Translations under genes and position numbers: made by a program
The notes under the pieces: generated by a model
What the model saw: only the letters and a program-made list of their open reading frames with translations
Database searches by the model: none
What the model was told of the DNA's origin: nothing
DNA from: a bacterium
Lineage (GTDB): Bacteria; Electryoneota; Electryoneia; Electryoneales; Electryoneaceae
DNA length: 64,000 bases
Assembly: GCA_963669175.1 (NCBI GenBank)
Contig: OY769902.1
Location: forward strand, 832,001-896,000
Direction: 5' to 3'
Part shown: piece by piece, positions 50,726-62,895 of the stretch
How the letters are laid out: each line of letters opens with the position of its first letter
Position numbering within the stretch: position 1 is the stretch's first letter

Positions 50726-53700
50726 ATGCCACGTTCCGATTCGCCACAACATTCGAACCCACCCAACGATATTCAATCAGATCAGCCTTCAGCGCTATCC
50801 GACGATCTTTACGCCCGCATGCTGGATATTTCGCCATCCAGCACAGTTATTCTTGACCAATCGGGGAAGATTCTGGTTGCCAATAAGGCATTTCATGGCT
50901 TGTGGAGATATAAGGACAGCTCGCAGACAGTTGGACAGGATTGTCAAACACTTCTCCATCTTGAGCCTGACCTTGAAAGACTGTTGGAAGGTGTCCTGAA
51001 GTCAAAGACCTGGCAGGGCGAATTTACCGGACGGAAGAAAAACAAAACCCTCTTGATGGTGGAAGCAACCGCGCACCTGGTATCCAACGGGCAGAACAAG
51101 GCAGATTTGATAGCGATCAACTTTGTTGAAGCCGGGCGAGAACAACTGCTTCGTCGTGCGTTGAAAAGCAGCGAAAAACGGTTCCTGGATCTGATTGAAA
51201 ATCTTCCGGAAGAAGTTCTTGCTCATGATATGAATGGAAATATAGTTCTTGCCAACGAACTGGCTCGCAAGAGTGCTGGCTATAGCAAAGAAGAAATCCT
51301 GAAATTGAATGTAGCCGATCTCGATGTCGGGGGACTGGACCTTGCAGAACGAGAGGCCTTCTGGCAAGGCATGGAGCCGGGGGTTCCGGTTCATGTCTTC
51401 AGCCAGATCAAACGGAAAAACGGGTTGATCATCGATGTCGAGCTTCATCTGAATAAAATTGAACTTGATGGACAACAGGTGGTTCTGATTATTGCGCGCG
51501 ATATCACAAGCAAGGATCGCGACAAGGCATTTATCCGTGAGAGTGAAGCACGTTACGCGGATATTTTTGAAGGTGTTGATTCTGGAATTATTTATGTGAA
51601 CAAGCTTGGCACGGTGTTGGATGTCAATGAACGCTTCACCGAAATCACCGGTATCCTGCCAGAACGTGTGTTAGGCAAATCCTCGTTTACTCTGGCAAAA
51701 ATGTTCTTGTCCATTCGCCAGATACCCTGGATTTTCAAAATCATCAAGACAGGTTTGACCGGGGAACAGATCGGTCGTTTTGAACTCGAATTCAATGGGA
51801 AAATGCTGGAAATCAGCACACGATCAGACCCGCAACGTGCCGGCGTGACAGGTGTTATAACAGATATCACTGATAGAAAGCAGGCTGAAAATGCAGTGCG
51901 TGAAAGTGAACGGAAATACCGTCGCCTGATCGAGATGTCCCCCTTTATCACTCACCTTCTTTCCTTACAGAAAGGAGTTGTGTTCTGTTCATCGGGCATG
52001 GAAAAAACTCTTGGCTATACCGAGGCAATGATTTCCGAAGATCCGTTTATCTTCTTTAAAAACATTCACTCGGAAGATCGGCCCCAATTTGACAAAGCGC
52101 TGCATAAGGCCATGCAAGGACACAAGGAGATAGTCCGTTACCGGGCAAGAAACCTGAATGGGGAATGGCGCTGGCTTGAGACGCGATTGTTTGATGCCCA
52201 CAGGCATGAAAACGATATCGTTATCGAATCAATATCGATAGATATTTCCGACCGGAAAAAGACAGAAGACGAACTGGAACGTCAACGCTGGATGCTGGCG
52301 GAAGCCGGGAGAATGGCACGTATTGGCGCATGGGAATACGAGGCTTATTCAGAGATATTCAGTGTTTCCAGGGAATGGCAGCAGATCGTGGGTGTTGACA
52401 AAGCCAACCTGACCCTCGAGGAAGTACTACAGATATCCCATCCCGACGATGCCACAGCCATGCATGATGAGTTTCAGCGTGCCATAAATGATAAAGATGA
52501 ATACCATCTGACCCAGCGCATTATTCGACCGGATACCGGTGAAACTCGCTGGATATTATGTCATGCTGAAGTCCAGATGAATGATCGTGGCGATTTCTCC
52601 GGCATGGTTGGCGCTATTCAGGATATTACCGATCAACGCCAGACCGAAGATGCCTTGCGACATGCTCAGAAAATGGACGCTGTAGGCCAGTTGGCTGGAG
52701 GAGTTGCTCACGACTTCAACAACTTGCTGACAGCGATCATCGGATCTGCGGAACTGGCGCTGGGGCAAATCGAAGCGAACCACCCCCTGGTTGAGGATTT
52801 GCGTGAAATCAGCTTCACTGCAGACCGTGCCGCACAATTGACGAAAAAACTGCTTACCCTGAGTAGAAAACAACTTCCGCAGGTCACTCCTGTTAAAATG
52901 AACCATATCCTGCAGGATATGGAGAGGTTGTTGAAGCGCACCCTGGGAGAGCAGATTCTGTTTGAGTCCAGCTACGCGGACGACCTGTGGGCGATCTTGG
53001 GCGATTCCGGGCAAATGGAACAGATCATGCTCAATTTGGCGGTGAATGCGGTTGATGCCATGCCGGCAGGCGGAACACTGAAGGTTACTACCGAAAACGT
53101 CACCCTGGATCAAATGCAGTGCATGTTGTGTTCGGAATTCGTGTCGGGTGACTATGTCCAGCTAAGCGTGAAGGATTCCGGAACAGGAATGACGCAGGAG
53201 GTTCTGGAACGCATTTTTGAACCGTTCTTTACCACCAAGGAACAGGGAAAAGGAACCGGGCTGGGATTGGCCATGGTGTATGGTATTATGGTGCAGCACA
53301 GTGGTCATTTACGCCTTATCAGCCAATCTGGATCAGGTACGGAGTTTCAATTGTATTTTCCAAAAACAGCAGAGAAAATTGTTGATAAATCTGCCCAGGA
53401 AATAGATCCGCAAACCCTGTACGGCGAAGAGACGATCCTGGTTGTTGAAGATGATCCTATTGTTCGAAAAAGCGCCGTGCGTTCCCTGGCCCGCTTCAAT
53501 TACAAGGTCTTTTCCGCTGATTCTGCGTTAGACGCTCTTGCCAAAATAAGCGGTGAGGAACTGAAACCACATCTTATCGTTACTGATGTCGCCATGCCGA
53601 AAATGAATGGGCGAGAATTTGCCGACGAGCTGAAAGAACGCGGGATTTATACTCCGGTGTTGTTCATGTCCGGGTACGCGCGTGACCATATACAGGTGTC

Positions 53701-53794
53701 CGATATCCTGGATCATGGTATTCCGTTCATAGCCAAACCATTCAAACTACTGGATCTTATTAAGAAAGTTCGGGAAATCCTGGATTCCCTGTAA
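50726..53794 (+). CDS. Cytoplasmic multi-PAS hybrid histidine kinase
   Basis: About five PAS domains, AHDFNNLL H-box, HATPase and C-terminal REC. Confidence 0.93.
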   Translation: MPRSDSPQHSNPPNDIQSDQPSALSDDLYARMLDISPSSTVILDQSGKILVANKAFHGLWRYKDSSQTVGQDCQTLLHLEPDLERLLEGVLKSKTWQGEFTGRKKNKTLLMVEATAHLVSNGQNKADLIAINFVEAGREQLLRRALKSSEKRFLDLIENLPEEVLAHDMNGNIVLANELARKSAGYSKEEILKLNVADLDVGGLDLAEREAFWQGMEPGVPVHVFSQIKRKNGLIIDVELHLNKIELDGQQVVLIIARDITSKDRDKAFIRESEARYADIFEGVDSGIIYVNKLGTVLDVNERFTEITGILPERVLGKSSFTLAKMFLSIRQIPWIFKIIKTGLTGEQIGRFELEFNGKMLEISTRSDPQRAGVTGVITDITDRKQAENAVRESERKYRRLIEMSPFITHLLSLQKGVVFCSSGMEKTLGYTEAMISEDPFIFFKNIHSEDRPQFDKALHKAMQGHKEIVRYRARNLNGEWRWLETRLFDAHRHENDIVIESISIDISDRKKTEDELERQRWMLAEAGRMARIGAWEYEAYSEIFSVSREWQQIVGVDKANLTLEEVLQISHPDDATAMHDEFQRAINDKDEYHLTQRIIRPDTGETRWILCHAEVQMNDRGDFSGMVGAIQDITDQRQTEDALRHAQKMDAVGQLAGGVAHDFNNLLTAIIGSAELALGQIEANHPLVEDLREISFTADRAAQLTKKLLTLSRKQLPQVTPVKMNHILQDMERLLKRTLGEQILFESSYADDLWAILGDSGQMEQIMLNLAVNAVDAMPAGGTLKVTTENVTLDQMQCMLCSEFVSGDYVQLSVKDSGTGMTQEVLERIFEPFFTTKEQGKGTGLGLAMVYGIMVQHSGHLRLISQSGSGTEFQLYFPKTAEKIVDKSAQEIDPQTLYGEETILVVEDDPIVRKSAVRSLARFNYKVFSADSALDALAKISGEELKPHLIVTDVAMPKMNGREFADELKERGIYTPVLFMSGYARDHIQVSDILDHGIPFIAKPFKLLDLIKKVREILDSL

Positions 53795-53906
53795 GCATCA
53801 CCTCCATTCTCGGTTTCGTAAATCAAAGGTTGCGATTCTCCGCGTTAATTGCTAAATCCATGTATGAATCGGGAAGTGGTTTTGATCAACACAACGGGCG
53901 ATACCC

Positions 53907-54161
53907 ATGAAGGAACACAAACAACAACACGATACCCAATCGCAACAGGGCAGGAATTCCGGCATGATTGTCTTCGCCGGTATTCTGATGGTTGCGGGCC
54001 TGATTATAAGCGTGATCAGTACCGTGGTTGTGTTGAAACTGTATTTCAGCAAAAAAGATGAAGCAGACCCGGTGATAGAGGAATCGTATATCGAACAGGT
54101 TGAGGCGTTACCCCTGGCGGAACTGCAAGCGCCTGACGGCTTGCTGGTGGAAATGGATTAG
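53907..54161 (+). CDS. Small single-TM hypothetical protein
   Basis: 84-aa ORF with one hydrophobic helix. Confidence 0.55.
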   Translation: MKEHKQQHDTQSQQGRNSGMIVFAGILMVAGLIISVISTVVVLKLYFSKKDEADPVIEESYIEQVEALPLAELQAPDGLLVEMD

Positions 54162-54353
54162 TTCACGAAAGAAATGTTTCATGTTTGTGAAATCAGATTG
54201 AGATATTCCACGGTTTGATCTCAAACTCACACATTCTGATGCGACATTGTTTTCAAGATAGATTACATCCTCAAGACTGACTATACCTTCAAGACGGAGG
54301 TTATTTTAAAGACTGATTATACATTTTTTGGGAGTGACTCAAGGTTTTTCTTA

Positions 54354-54652
54354 TATAGCTACTCTTGAAAATAAAGCGTCATGATAGTATCCGACGAACG
54401 ATTCATAGGTGATAGGAAAGAAGCATATGGAAAAAGGGGACAGTTTCCTTTCCCTGAAGCAAAGCCTTCCCGCTGTGAGCATGGACCGGGAAAGGTGGCT
54501 GTACCCTTTTTCTTGAGAGCAGGCAGGAATTACACGGAAAAGGGGACAGTTTCCTTTTCCATGAATGTCTCAAGCGTATTCTGTATGAGCGCGAGGAAAA
54601 GGATCCCGTCCCCTTTTCCCGGCAATCTCTATTATGACGGAATAAAACCGAG
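54354..54652 (+). repeat. MITE family C, interrupted by IS110 in its right TIR (remaining tip 56023-56034)
   Basis: Left end TATAGCTACTCTTGAAAATAAAGCGTCATGATAG is an imperfect inverted repeat of CTATTATGACGGAATAAAATCGAGAACAGCTATA. Confidence 0.8.
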
Positions 54653-54739
54653 TTCCTATGTTAAACGACAGGCGCATCAAGTCGTGTTGGAACTGCTATC
54701 TTAGCAGTATTCCATTTTTCCAACACAAGGAGAAGCGCC

Positions 54740-55801
54740 ATGTCGAAGAACCAAGTTATTGCAGCGGACCGTTCATTGTCTATAGGTCTGGATGTTGATT
54801 CGCAGACTTCTTTCGCCGTTGTGCTCGACACCCAGACTGGTGAAGTGCTCTTTGAGAATCGGATCAAGCATGACTCAGCCGCTTGGGAACGCTTCTTTGC
54901 CCGTTTTCCCAACTGCCGCATGTGGGCGTGTTATGAAGCGGGCCTCACCGGCTTTGGCCTCTGTCGTTACCTGATCGGCCAAGGTGTTGACTGCCAGATC
55001 GCGCCGCCCAGCCAAGTTCCCAAAGGGGCGCAAGCGAAGCAGCAGAAGACCGATCATCTGGATGCCCTTACCTTGGCCCACATGTTCTGGACACCACCTC
55101 GTACCTGGGTACATGTCCCCACAGAACAGGAAGAGGCGGATCGTCAGTTGTCTCGCACCCGTGACCAGGTGATGAATGATCGCGTTCGGGTCAAAAACCG
55201 AATCAAGAGTCTGCTATTGTTTCACGGTTTACAGTCACCGTTTCCGCCGCAACGCTATTGGACAAAGGAATACCGGCGCTGGTTGCGAACGTGTGATTGT
55301 CTGGCTGCGACACGGATAGCCATTGATGTTGCTCTCGATGAGCTGGAGGCCATTGAACAGCAACTCAAGGTGATCACCAAAGCGATCAAGGCGATGAATG
55401 CGTCCGCAACGTATCGGGACCGTACCCAGCGCCTGTGCCAGGTGAAAGGCGTGGGCGAGCTGACCGTGAACGCCTTCGTGACCGAGATGTATCGTCCCGA
55501 ACGCTTCGCATCCGGTAAGCAAGTCGGCGCACATCTTGGCTTGACGCCGTGTGAATGGTCAAGCGCCAACACACGCCATATGGGACACATTACCCACTGG
55601 GGACCGTCCCATCTACGAAAACTATTGGTCGAAGCTGCGTGGCGTTGGGTGCAAAAAGATCCGTATGCAAAGAAGAAATACGATGCGATCCATGCCGGGA
55701 AAACACGGAAAGTGGCGATCGTCGCCATGGCACGAAAACTAGCCGTGATACTGTGGGCCATGCTGGTCAAAGAACAAGACTACAATCCTGCCTGCGTATA
55801 A
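54740..55801 (+). CDS. IS110-family DEDD recombinase/transposase
   Basis: Translation identical to 12662-13723. Confidence 0.95.
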   Translation: MSKNQVIAADRSLSIGLDVDSQTSFAVVLDTQTGEVLFENRIKHDSAAWERFFARFPNCRMWACYEAGLTGFGLCRYLIGQGVDCQIAPPSQVPKGAQAKQQKTDHLDALTLAHMFWTPPRTWVHVPTEQEEADRQLSRTRDQVMNDRVRVKNRIKSLLLFHGLQSPFPPQRYWTKEYRRWLRTCDCLAATRIAIDVALDELEAIEQQLKVITKAIKAMNASATYRDRTQRLCQVKGVGELTVNAFVTEMYRPERFASGKQVGAHLGLTPCEWSSANTRHMGHITHWGPSHLRKLLVEAAWRWVQKDPYAKKKYDAIHAGKTRKVAIVAMARKLAVILWAMLVKEQDYNPACV

Positions 55802-56005
55802 CCCCAGCACTGCTGGCAGGTAGGTAAAGCATAGATTGTGATTGAATCGTCCGATGCCATTGGGAACACGCGACCCTGGTAGTTATTCTGTTGCTTGACA
55901 ACGATTCGAGTTTAGGGCGCCGCTGTTCCGTGCGAACAAAAAACTTGTGCCACGAGCACGAATAGCAGAACGGCACATGGGACGATACAAAGGCTCTTTA
56001 CACCC
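55802..56005 (+). ncRNA. Candidate bridge/seek RNA of IS110 copy 2
   Basis: Same sequence as 13724-13927. Confidence 0.7.
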
Positions 56006-56084
56006 TTGACTGTTTACATAGCAGAACAGCTATACCAGATATGGTTAAGTTTTTGTACTCCGCAGGAGTACGATAAGTGAGCCC

Positions 56085-56236
56085 AGGGTTGGCAAGTAGC
56101 GTACATCCTATTCCCACCGTGAGCGCCAAACAGACGGCGCTGGACGGTGGGCTAATTCAGGGAACCACTGCCGTGGTTCTTGCACTGGCCGTTCCATCAA
56201 GTATCACATTGAAATTCCAATGGTGAAATATCCGGG
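56085..56236. repeat. MITE family A, partial copy (one end)
   Basis: Matches 16230-16381 and ends GTGAAATATCCGGG followed by CTAA. Confidence 0.85.
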
Positions 56237-56252
56237 CTAATGGCAGATTAAA

Positions 56253-56292
56253 CAAAAAAACGGGACCGACCCTGATGAGTCAGTCCCGATTT
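56253..56292 (-). terminator. Intrinsic terminator for the minus-strand DASS cluster
   Basis: A run followed by a cgggac-gac/gtc-gtcccg stem. Confidence 0.65.
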
Positions 56293-56361
56293 CAAAACAT
56301 CATGCTATCCGGACATCAGAATCGATGATATCCTTCAATCCTTGTTTTCTGTGAAGAGCTT

Positions 56362-56841
56362 CTAGTCATCGAGTTCACGCAACCGGCGCAGAATACCCAA
56401 TGCGCTATCACCCTGTGCGATCTGGCCGATTTTCTCCATTCGTGTCACATCCGCCTGGAATTTCTTCTTCATACGAGCTTCGTACGCGTCCTTCAGGGTT
56501 TCGATCAACTTATCCAGTTCGTACGGTTTTGGCAGATAGCCGAACGCGCCCAGGCGAGTGCATTCCACCGCGCTGTCAATAGAACCATGCCCGGTCAGAA
56601 TAATCGCTTCGAGGAAAGAGTTCTCTCCTTTCAGGATTTCCATGACCTCTCGTCCGTTAAGGCCGGGCATTTTCAGGTCCAGAAGAGCGATATCGAACGG
56701 CTGTTGACGCGCCAGTTCAATCGCTTTTTCACCATTTTCCGCCTTGGTGACATCGAAGCCACGCATTTCCAGCCGTTTGGCGATGGCGTCGAGAAACTTG
56801 ACTTCGTCGTCAACGATCAGGAGCTTGATGGGAGTGTCCAT
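56362..56841 (-). CDS. Stand-alone response regulator (REC + short helical tail)
   Basis: IVDDE, LLDLKMP, LTGHG, PKP. Confidence 0.9.
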   Translation of the reverse strand: MDTPIKLLIVDDEVKFLDAIAKRLEMRGFDVTKAENGEKAIELARQQPFDIALLDLKMPGLNGREVMEILKGENSFLEAIILTGHGSIDSAVECTRLGAFGYLPKPYELDKLIETLKDAYEARMKKKFQADVTRMEKIGQIAQGDSALGILRRLRELDD

Positions 56842-56875
56842 GTTGTACCTCACTATTTCTGACTATCGTTGTTTT

Positions 56876-58915
56876 CTATGACGGGAACCCGATCCACTGC
56901 CAGTACCCCAGGATTACCCATACCCACAGCACCACAAAGCTGATCAGCAGAACAAAAAATCCGTGCTTGAAGAAATCAGCCAGTGTAACAAGCTGTTCGC
57001 CTGTCACCGGATCTTTCGCCATGGCATACGCCAAAGCGTTGGAGGGTGTGCCGATGATCAGCATGTGAGCGAAACTTGACGCGAATGCGGTTGCAAAGCC
57101 GACCATCCAGGGATGGGTACCGGCGATCTGGGCCATGGGTACTGTAATCGGCCCGATGGCGGCGACTGTTGCGCCATCACTCATGAAGTTGGTTGCCAGA
57201 CCGGTGAAAATGCTGGCCGCAATGGCAAGGCCGCTGCCTTCCTGCATAATGGGCGGCAGGATGTTGACAAAGGTGTCCGCCATAACCAGTGCAGCGCCGG
57301 TGGTCGCCAGTCCTTTCCCGATAGCGCTGGCCCCGGCATACAGGAAAACCACTTCCCAGTGAATTTTCGCCATTTCACGCCAGGGCAGAACACGGAAAAT
57401 ATTCATCAATACCAGCCCCAGGATAACCGGGCCACCCATGCCCAGGGAATCGCTGGCGAAAATCCACAAGAAAATCACAATCAGCAATATGGCTGCGGTG
57501 ACATATTCATCACGGTTCATCTTGCCGATTTTTTCCGCCGACTGCTTTACCATTTTCGAAGCGTTCAACTGCTTGACCTGAACCTTCGGACGGACAGCAA
57601 CCAGCAGGTATATTGCGATGGACAGGCTCATCACCGGGACCATCGGGAAACCGTACTTGACCCATTCTCCAAACGACGGAGCCAGGTTGTAATCGGCCAG
57701 GATGCCGATCATGATGGCGTTTCGTCCTCCCGCTGCCGGTGATCCCGGACCGCCGGTATTGGCCGCGTAACAAACCGCCAACGCAAACAACACCATCAGC
57801 GCCTTGTCTTTCTTGATGCCTGCCGCACGACATGAGCTGGCGTACACCATTACAAAAATCGGCATGATAAACGCCACCAGCGCATGTTCGCTAATGAAAG
57901 AACAAGTCATGGAAAGCGTAGGCATGAATACCAGCAGCAACAGCGTAAGGTTCTTCGCCGGAGAAAGCAGCAGCAATCCGATACGACGATCCAGCCCGGT
58001 ACGACTGATCGCTTTTGACATGGCCAGCACGCCAAAGATGAACACCACAGCATCCTTGGCGTACGCCTGGGCGACTTTATCAGGATCAAGCACATTGAAG
58101 CAGATCATGATCACACCCACGATCAGTGCAGTCACACCTACCGGGACTGCGCCCGTTGCCCAGAACAAGGCTGCAATCACAATTACACCAAGCATCACTT
58201 TGGCGCGTGTGAAAACCTGCTCCGGATTCAACAGGTCTTTCTTGCCGTCTTTCTCCGTGTACAGGCTGTTCTTCTTTGCGTAATAGTGGACAATATTCTC
58301 GCCATCGGACATTTTCCGGTATTCCGAATACCCCATGTTCATATCGACTGCGGCGTTTTCTATTCGTGGTGTTTTCGGAACAGTCAACAGCTCTTTCATC
58401 CGTTGCGGTGTGGGCATGAAAACGACTGCCGCAAATGCCAGGATACCGACCAGGATAAACAACGGGCGGGAATTATGCTGTCCCATCAGCCATTTCCACA
58501 GCGATGAACGCTCGGTTTTTACGACTTCCAACCGTTCCATGGCGTAGCCATGCTCTTCACGCGCCGCCTCGATCCGGCCTATCAGGAAGTCCAGATCCTC
58601 TACCGGTTTTTCCATATAATCGAAGGCGTCCAGCTTTCCCGCTTCCTTAGCGCTTGCCAGGCTGCCATGAGCGGTCAGCATGATGATCTGCATGGCGGGA
58701 CGGAAATTCTTCAGTTCCTTCAGGGTTTGCTCGCCACTCATGCCCGGCATTTTCCGGTCGAGCAGGGCGACATCAATCGAAGCATCCTGGCGAATCAGCT
58801 TGATCGCATCATCGCCACAGGTGGCTTGTACGACTTCCAGGCCACGCATTTCCAACCGTTTGGCCAAGGATTGACGAAACTTTTCCTCGTCGTCAATTAA
58901 CAACACTTTTGGCAT
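56876..58915 (-). CDS. Receiver domain-SLC13/DASS permease fusion
   Basis: N-terminal REC (LIDDE, LLDRKMP, LTAHG, EKP) in frame with the permease (FISEHA, GSPAAGGRN, IGTPSNA). Confidence 0.9.
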   Translation of the reverse strand: MPKVLLIDDEEKFRQSLAKRLEMRGLEVVQATCGDDAIKLIRQDASIDVALLDRKMPGMSGEQTLKELKNFRPAMQIIMLTAHGSLASAKEAGKLDAFDYMEKPVEDLDFLIGRIEAAREEHGYAMERLEVVKTERSSLWKWLMGQHNSRPLFILVGILAFAAVVFMPTPQRMKELLTVPKTPRIENAAVDMNMGYSEYRKMSDGENIVHYYAKKNSLYTEKDGKKDLLNPEQVFTRAKVMLGVIVIAALFWATGAVPVGVTALIVGVIMICFNVLDPDKVAQAYAKDAVVFIFGVLAMSKAISRTGLDRRIGLLLLSPAKNLTLLLLVFMPTLSMTCSFISEHALVAFIMPIFVMVYASSCRAAGIKKDKALMVLFALAVCYAANTGGPGSPAAGGRNAIMIGILADYNLAPSFGEWVKYGFPMVPVMSLSIAIYLLVAVRPKVQVKQLNASKMVKQSAEKIGKMNRDEYVTAAILLIVIFLWIFASDSLGMGGPVILGLVLMNIFRVLPWREMAKIHWEVVFLYAGASAIGKGLATTGAALVMADTFVNILPPIMQEGSGLAIAASIFTGLATNFMSDGATVAAIGPITVPMAQIAGTHPWMVGFATAFASSFAHMLIIGTPSNALAYAMAKDPVTGEQLVTLADFFKHGFFVLLISFVVLWVWVILGYWQWIGFPS

Positions 58916-58930
58916 GTTCACATCTCCCGA

Positions 58931-59518
58931 TCACGATTCGTGGTGGTTGTTCCGTTCACATTCGCGAAGATTTTCGCAGACAGTATCGAAAACGTCCGAA
59001 AGACGTAAAATCCCGGTGACATTGCCCTGCCGCGTAACCAGCAGGGACAGGGTGTTGTGCTTGTTCATCAGGCGGAGGGCTTCCATCAGGCTGGCGTCTT
59101 CCGCAATGTTGATGGTTCCCGGAACGCAGACATCACGAACTTTGATGTGCGCGGCCAGCTCGCACAGGTCCATGGTCTCGCTTTCCAGCATCTCCATGGC
59201 GTCCATGGCGCGAGACACCAGCTCTTCATCAATGTTGGCTCGTTGAACCACACTCTGTTCAAAGGCGGCACGGTGATGTGGCAGCAGCGCTTGCAGGAAA
59301 GCGTGATAACCCAGCTTTCCGACAAATTCGCCCTTCCTGTTCCGTACCAGCACAGCACGGTGTTTCTGCATGCCTTCCTGCAGCTTGGCCTGGGCGGCGT
59401 CCAATGCGTGTAACGCATCCAGCAGGGTCGCGTCGTCGTTTACCACGGCATACAACGACAATGGCAGCATGATCTCTTGTACCTGAATTCGAAACGGCAT
59501 CGTGTTCTCCTCGCACAT
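58931..59518 (-). CDS. CBS domain protein
   Basis: HRAVLVRN...VGKL and LLVTRQGNVTGILRLSDVF. Confidence 0.85.
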   Translation of the reverse strand: MCEENTMPFRIQVQEIMLPLSLYAVVNDDATLLDALHALDAAQAKLQEGMQKHRAVLVRNRKGEFVGKLGYHAFLQALLPHHRAAFEQSVVQRANIDEELVSRAMDAMEMLESETMDLCELAAHIKVRDVCVPGTINIAEDASLMEALRLMNKHNTLSLLVTRQGNVTGILRLSDVFDTVCENLRECERNNHHES

Positions 59519-59601
59519 GACGTGCGTTCGGTGTCGAATCTTCTCTTCGCTTGTTCGTATGCTTTTTGCTTACTCGTAAAACTCAAACTCATTATTTCCC
59601 T

Positions 59602-59630
59602 CGAGATCCCCGTTCAAGCCGGGGATGACA
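59602..59630. repeat. Short REP-like palindrome
   Basis: cgagatccccgttcaagccggggatgaca, with an inverted relative at 15213-15259. Confidence 0.55.
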
Positions 59631-59775
59631 TCTGAGAACAATACCTTTATTCCAGACAGACGGGTCTTTTATTAGAAATTTTATCTCCCACATCCCTGAT
59701 CATGTGCAAGTTTGGCCCGACTGCTTGCTGTCGGGATGCTCTTCGCGCAGAACCTGAACACGAGTAATGCGCGAC

Positions 59776-61467
59776 CTAATCCATCATCCTATAGGGCAGC
59801 TCCACGATAAAGGTGCTTCCCGCACCGGGTGCGCTTTCCACATATATCTCGCCGTGCATGTTCTTGACAATGCTGTGACTTACCGACAATCCCAGCCCGG
59901 TTCCCTTGCCCGGCGCTTTGGTCGTATGGAATGGCATGAAAATCTTTTCCATCTGCTCGGAAGTCATGCCGCAACCGGTATCCTTCACAGCTATCAGGAC
60001 CAACTTGTTGTAACAGGTTGTGGTGACGGTCAGGGCGCCACGACCGTCCATGGCGTCGACCGCGTTTTTCATCAGGTTCAGCAACACCTGTTCAAGCTGG
60101 TTTTTATCGGTATACAAGGGTTTCGGGTTGTCGCAGTACTCACGCACGATTTCCACATTGGACCCGTTCAGCTCGGAACTCAGCAGGTTATTGATCACCT
60201 CTTCGATAATTTCATGTACATCATATTCATCCACTCGAACTTCCTGTTTACGTACGAAACCGAGCAGCTTGCGTGTGATGTCACGTGCGCGGAAGGTGGC
60301 GTCATGGATATTGTTCAGGTGCGGCGCCAGTTCTTCCAGGGTGATGCCCTCGTTCCACTGCGGGTCCATCAGGTCTTTCATAAGGCCGGATTCTTCCGCG
60401 ATGATAGCCAGTGGATTGTTGATCTCATGGGCGATCCCGGCAGCCAGTTCACCCACCGAAGCCAGTTTGGACGCCTGCACCAGTTGCACCGACAGCTCTT
60501 TCTCGGTCTTTTCAACCTGGAGTTGACGTCGCACGAGAGAACGCGCACGAATCCAGATCACGATCAGCCCCATACCGAAAAAGAAGACAAACATCGCTGT
60601 CATCCCGCCATGCAAGCCCATGAAGACGTTATGGGACAAACGCTTGTCGGTGGCCTGAACAATCAGCGCCCAGTCCGTGCTGGTCATCCAGGCGTAGGCA
60701 TACCATTTTTTCTTGCCATCACGGGTTTTCGCGATGCCATGGCCGGGATCGGACGGTGGCTGGAAAGGGGATGCCTGCAACGGTTGCCCCAGGCTGGGTG
60801 ACGTCAACTGAAAAACCCCCTGCGGGTTGATCAGGGCTGTACGGACCTCCTCGGAACCTTCCTGGCGGGTGACGTAATCATAGATCTCGCCCGGGGTCAG
60901 CGCCGCACGCAACACTCGAAGGGAATCACCAATCTCACGCTTGACTGCGATAGTGAAATGGGGACGGTCGCGGAACCCCAGGTAAACATCGGTGATGACA
61001 CAAGGGTTATCTTCCACTAACAACCGTTTGAACCACTCTTCCTGCCCGTAATTACGGTTCTGCAGGAACATGTAAGGCCCATCATACGCGATAGATTGCC
61101 CGGACCCATCCAAAATGCTGACATCGGAAAAGGCGTTTGAGGTCTGGCGCAGGCCTGAAAGGATGCTTTCGACATACCCGGCGCTGGGGTTCGGCTGAAA
61201 GGAAGGATCGTCAATCTTGTTGGAAAGGTTGACCACACGCTCCATCATGAACAGGTCAAGTGTGTTGGCCTGATGCTCGGCAATGGCGGACATATGCAGC
61301 CGTTCACTCTCCAGCAGCATACGGCTGTACTGGAGTAGCGAAAACAGGGCAAGTAACACCAGCGGCACGAAATACATGACAATCAACTTGACGATGGTCT
61401 GCTGAAAGACCTCGCGGTAATGCTTCAGATCGTCACGATCCTCGTGAGATTGAGGGGTATCGGCCAT
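59776..61467 (-). CDS. Cache-domain sensor histidine kinase (paralog of 2458-4164)
   Basis: YDGPY...WF...[20 protein letters not shown] and HATPase boxes. Confidence 0.92.
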   Translation of the reverse strand: MADTPQSHEDRDDLKHYREVFQQTIVKLIVMYFVPLVLLALFSLLQYSRMLLESERLHMSAIAEHQANTLDLFMMERVVNLSNKIDDPSFQPNPSAGYVESILSGLRQTSNAFSDVSILDGSGQSIAYDGPYMFLQNRNYGQEEWFKRLLVEDNPCVITDVYLGFRDRPHFTIAVKREIGDSLRVLRAALTPGEIYDYVTRQEGSEEVRTALINPQGVFQLTSPSLGQPLQASPFQPPSDPGHGIAKTRDGKKKWYAYAWMTSTDWALIVQATDKRLSHNVFMGLHGGMTAMFVFFFGMGLIVIWIRARSLVRRQLQVEKTEKELSVQLVQASKLASVGELAAGIAHEINNPLAIIAEESGLMKDLMDPQWNEGITLEELAPHLNNIHDATFRARDITRKLLGFVRKQEVRVDEYDVHEIIEEVINNLLSSELNGSNVEIVREYCDNPKPLYTDKNQLEQVLLNLMKNAVDAMDGRGALTVTTTCYNKLVLIAVKDTGCGMTSEQMEKIFMPFHTTKAPGKGTGLGLSVSHSIVKNMHGEIYVESAPGAGSTFIVELPYRMMD

Positions 61468-62067
61468 GTCCTGCCATCCTTTCGTCGACCCTCTCGCACG
61501 AAATCAAGATTTCGTGAAACGATTCACAAACTTTCCAAAAAAAAATCAAACACCTTTTCTCGCGTTTTCACACGAAAAGAAGACAAAAAGGCAGACGAAG
61601 GCCCGAGATTGACCGCCGCAGTCAACCCCCTGTTTCGCAACCATTTTATCCCCTTAAAAAGTTAGGAGTAATCAAAATTCCTGATCAAGGGGCTGAGAGT
61701 AGGAATATGTTAGGTTTATATAACAACAACACTACACCAACACTTCAAAAGATTTTGTTATTTACTGTTTATCAAAAGTTTGAATTTTTCTGGGTGATTT
61801 GGGAATAGGGGATTATTGTACCAAAACAGGCTAATTGTTAGGGGGTTCTAATTCTCAATAATTACGTCTGGATTTTTTTTGCCGGTTTTGGTGGGGGAAT
61901 AACGTGAGAAAATGTTGGGGGCCTCTTACTTTTGGTTGTGGTTTTCGAATTCTTGATTCTGAGGCTGTGGAAAATAGAGCCTTCGAAAACCAGTGGAAAC
62001 AAGCATCTGCCTCTTGTAGCGAGCCTGCAACTGGCTCTCGGCAATCGTGAGCCGTATATTAGCCGAA

Positions 62068-62248
62068 GTCTTCGGGGCCTGGTGCAATTCCAGACCGGCG
62101 GTGAGAGTCCGCGACTCCCGGGATAGCCTGTGAAAGAACAGCGGGTTAGAGGTCAGACAACATGAGCCTGCTACCCAGTTCTGAGGCGTTTCGGGACTGA
62201 ACCGGTGAGATTCCGGTACCGACGGTGAAAGTCCGGATGGGAGAAGGC
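62068..62248 (+). ncRNA. FMN riboswitch (RFN element)
   Basis: TCTTCGGGGC..GGTGCAATTCC..ACCGGCGGT...AGTCCGCGA...CCGGTGAGATTCCGG.ACCGACGGT..AAGTCCGGATGGGAGAAG, upstream of ribD. Confidence 0.95.
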
Positions 62249-62371
62249 GGACCGGCGAAAGCCGGATACAAGCATGAGCGGGGGCGGCTGTATGCCGATC
62301 TCCCGAAACCACGTCCGCGTACGGATTAACGTCTGTATGGCCGGGTGTGCATGCGTTGCCATGACCCCTAC

Positions 62372-62410
62372 GCCCCGACGGTTGTAAAACCGCAGGGGCT
62401 TTCTGTTTTT
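62372..62410 (+). terminator. Riboswitch-associated terminator
   Basis: gcccc-cggtt/aaccg-ggggc stem followed by a T-rich tail. Confidence 0.7.
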
Positions 62411-62461
62411 AGCCCTTTAAGTTGGAAAGTTATAGATTAGAAAATTATCAAGTTAATGCGT

Positions 62462-62771
62462 TATTGTGGTTCCGGAAAGTTTTACTGATTAGAAGGCAAT
62501 TAGCCTGCTTCAGCAGGCTCCTCTTAGCACCCGGCTTTAGCCGGGTGGCTGGGGATAACAGAAGCTATGAGCGCGCTTTAGCGTGCTTCAGTGTCATAGA
62601 ATCTATACAAATCCAGAAAGCACCCTGAAGGGCGCTCGAGTCCTTGTTGTCCTTGTTCCCCCGGCTAAAGCCGGGGGCTAAGAGGAGCAGGCTAAAGCCT
62701 GCTAACAAAAATGAATATAAATTTTCGAAAGAGTGCAATCCGGGAAAATCAGACGCTATACAAGACAATGT
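62462..62771. repeat. Degenerate MITE family B copy (no nested insertion)
   Basis: Same CTRAAG-loop palindromes and flanks as 15297-16546. Confidence 0.75.
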
Positions 62772-62895
62772 AAGTTCTTCATCAGAATGTTTTTATCCTT
62801 GACATCCTGATCATCCTTTACATCCTGTAAATGGAACAGATACAGGCAGTAAATGCAACAGATACAGGCAACGACAGCAAACAACATACAGGCTT

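Larger units (their letters stand above)
54653..56022 (+). mobile_element. IS110-family insertion sequence, copy 2
   Basis: Same length and protein as 12575-13944 (offset 42078). AG core on both sides. Confidence 0.93.

Noticed and set aside
12575-56022. 43-kb composite transposon between the two IS110 copies
   Set aside because: Each copy has its own MITE target flanks, and the interval contains a tRNA and core genes. Independent insertions are simpler.
59705-59720. Minus-strand sigma54 promoter upstream of the CBS gene
   Set aside because: TTGCA is present but the GG is not at the required spacing.
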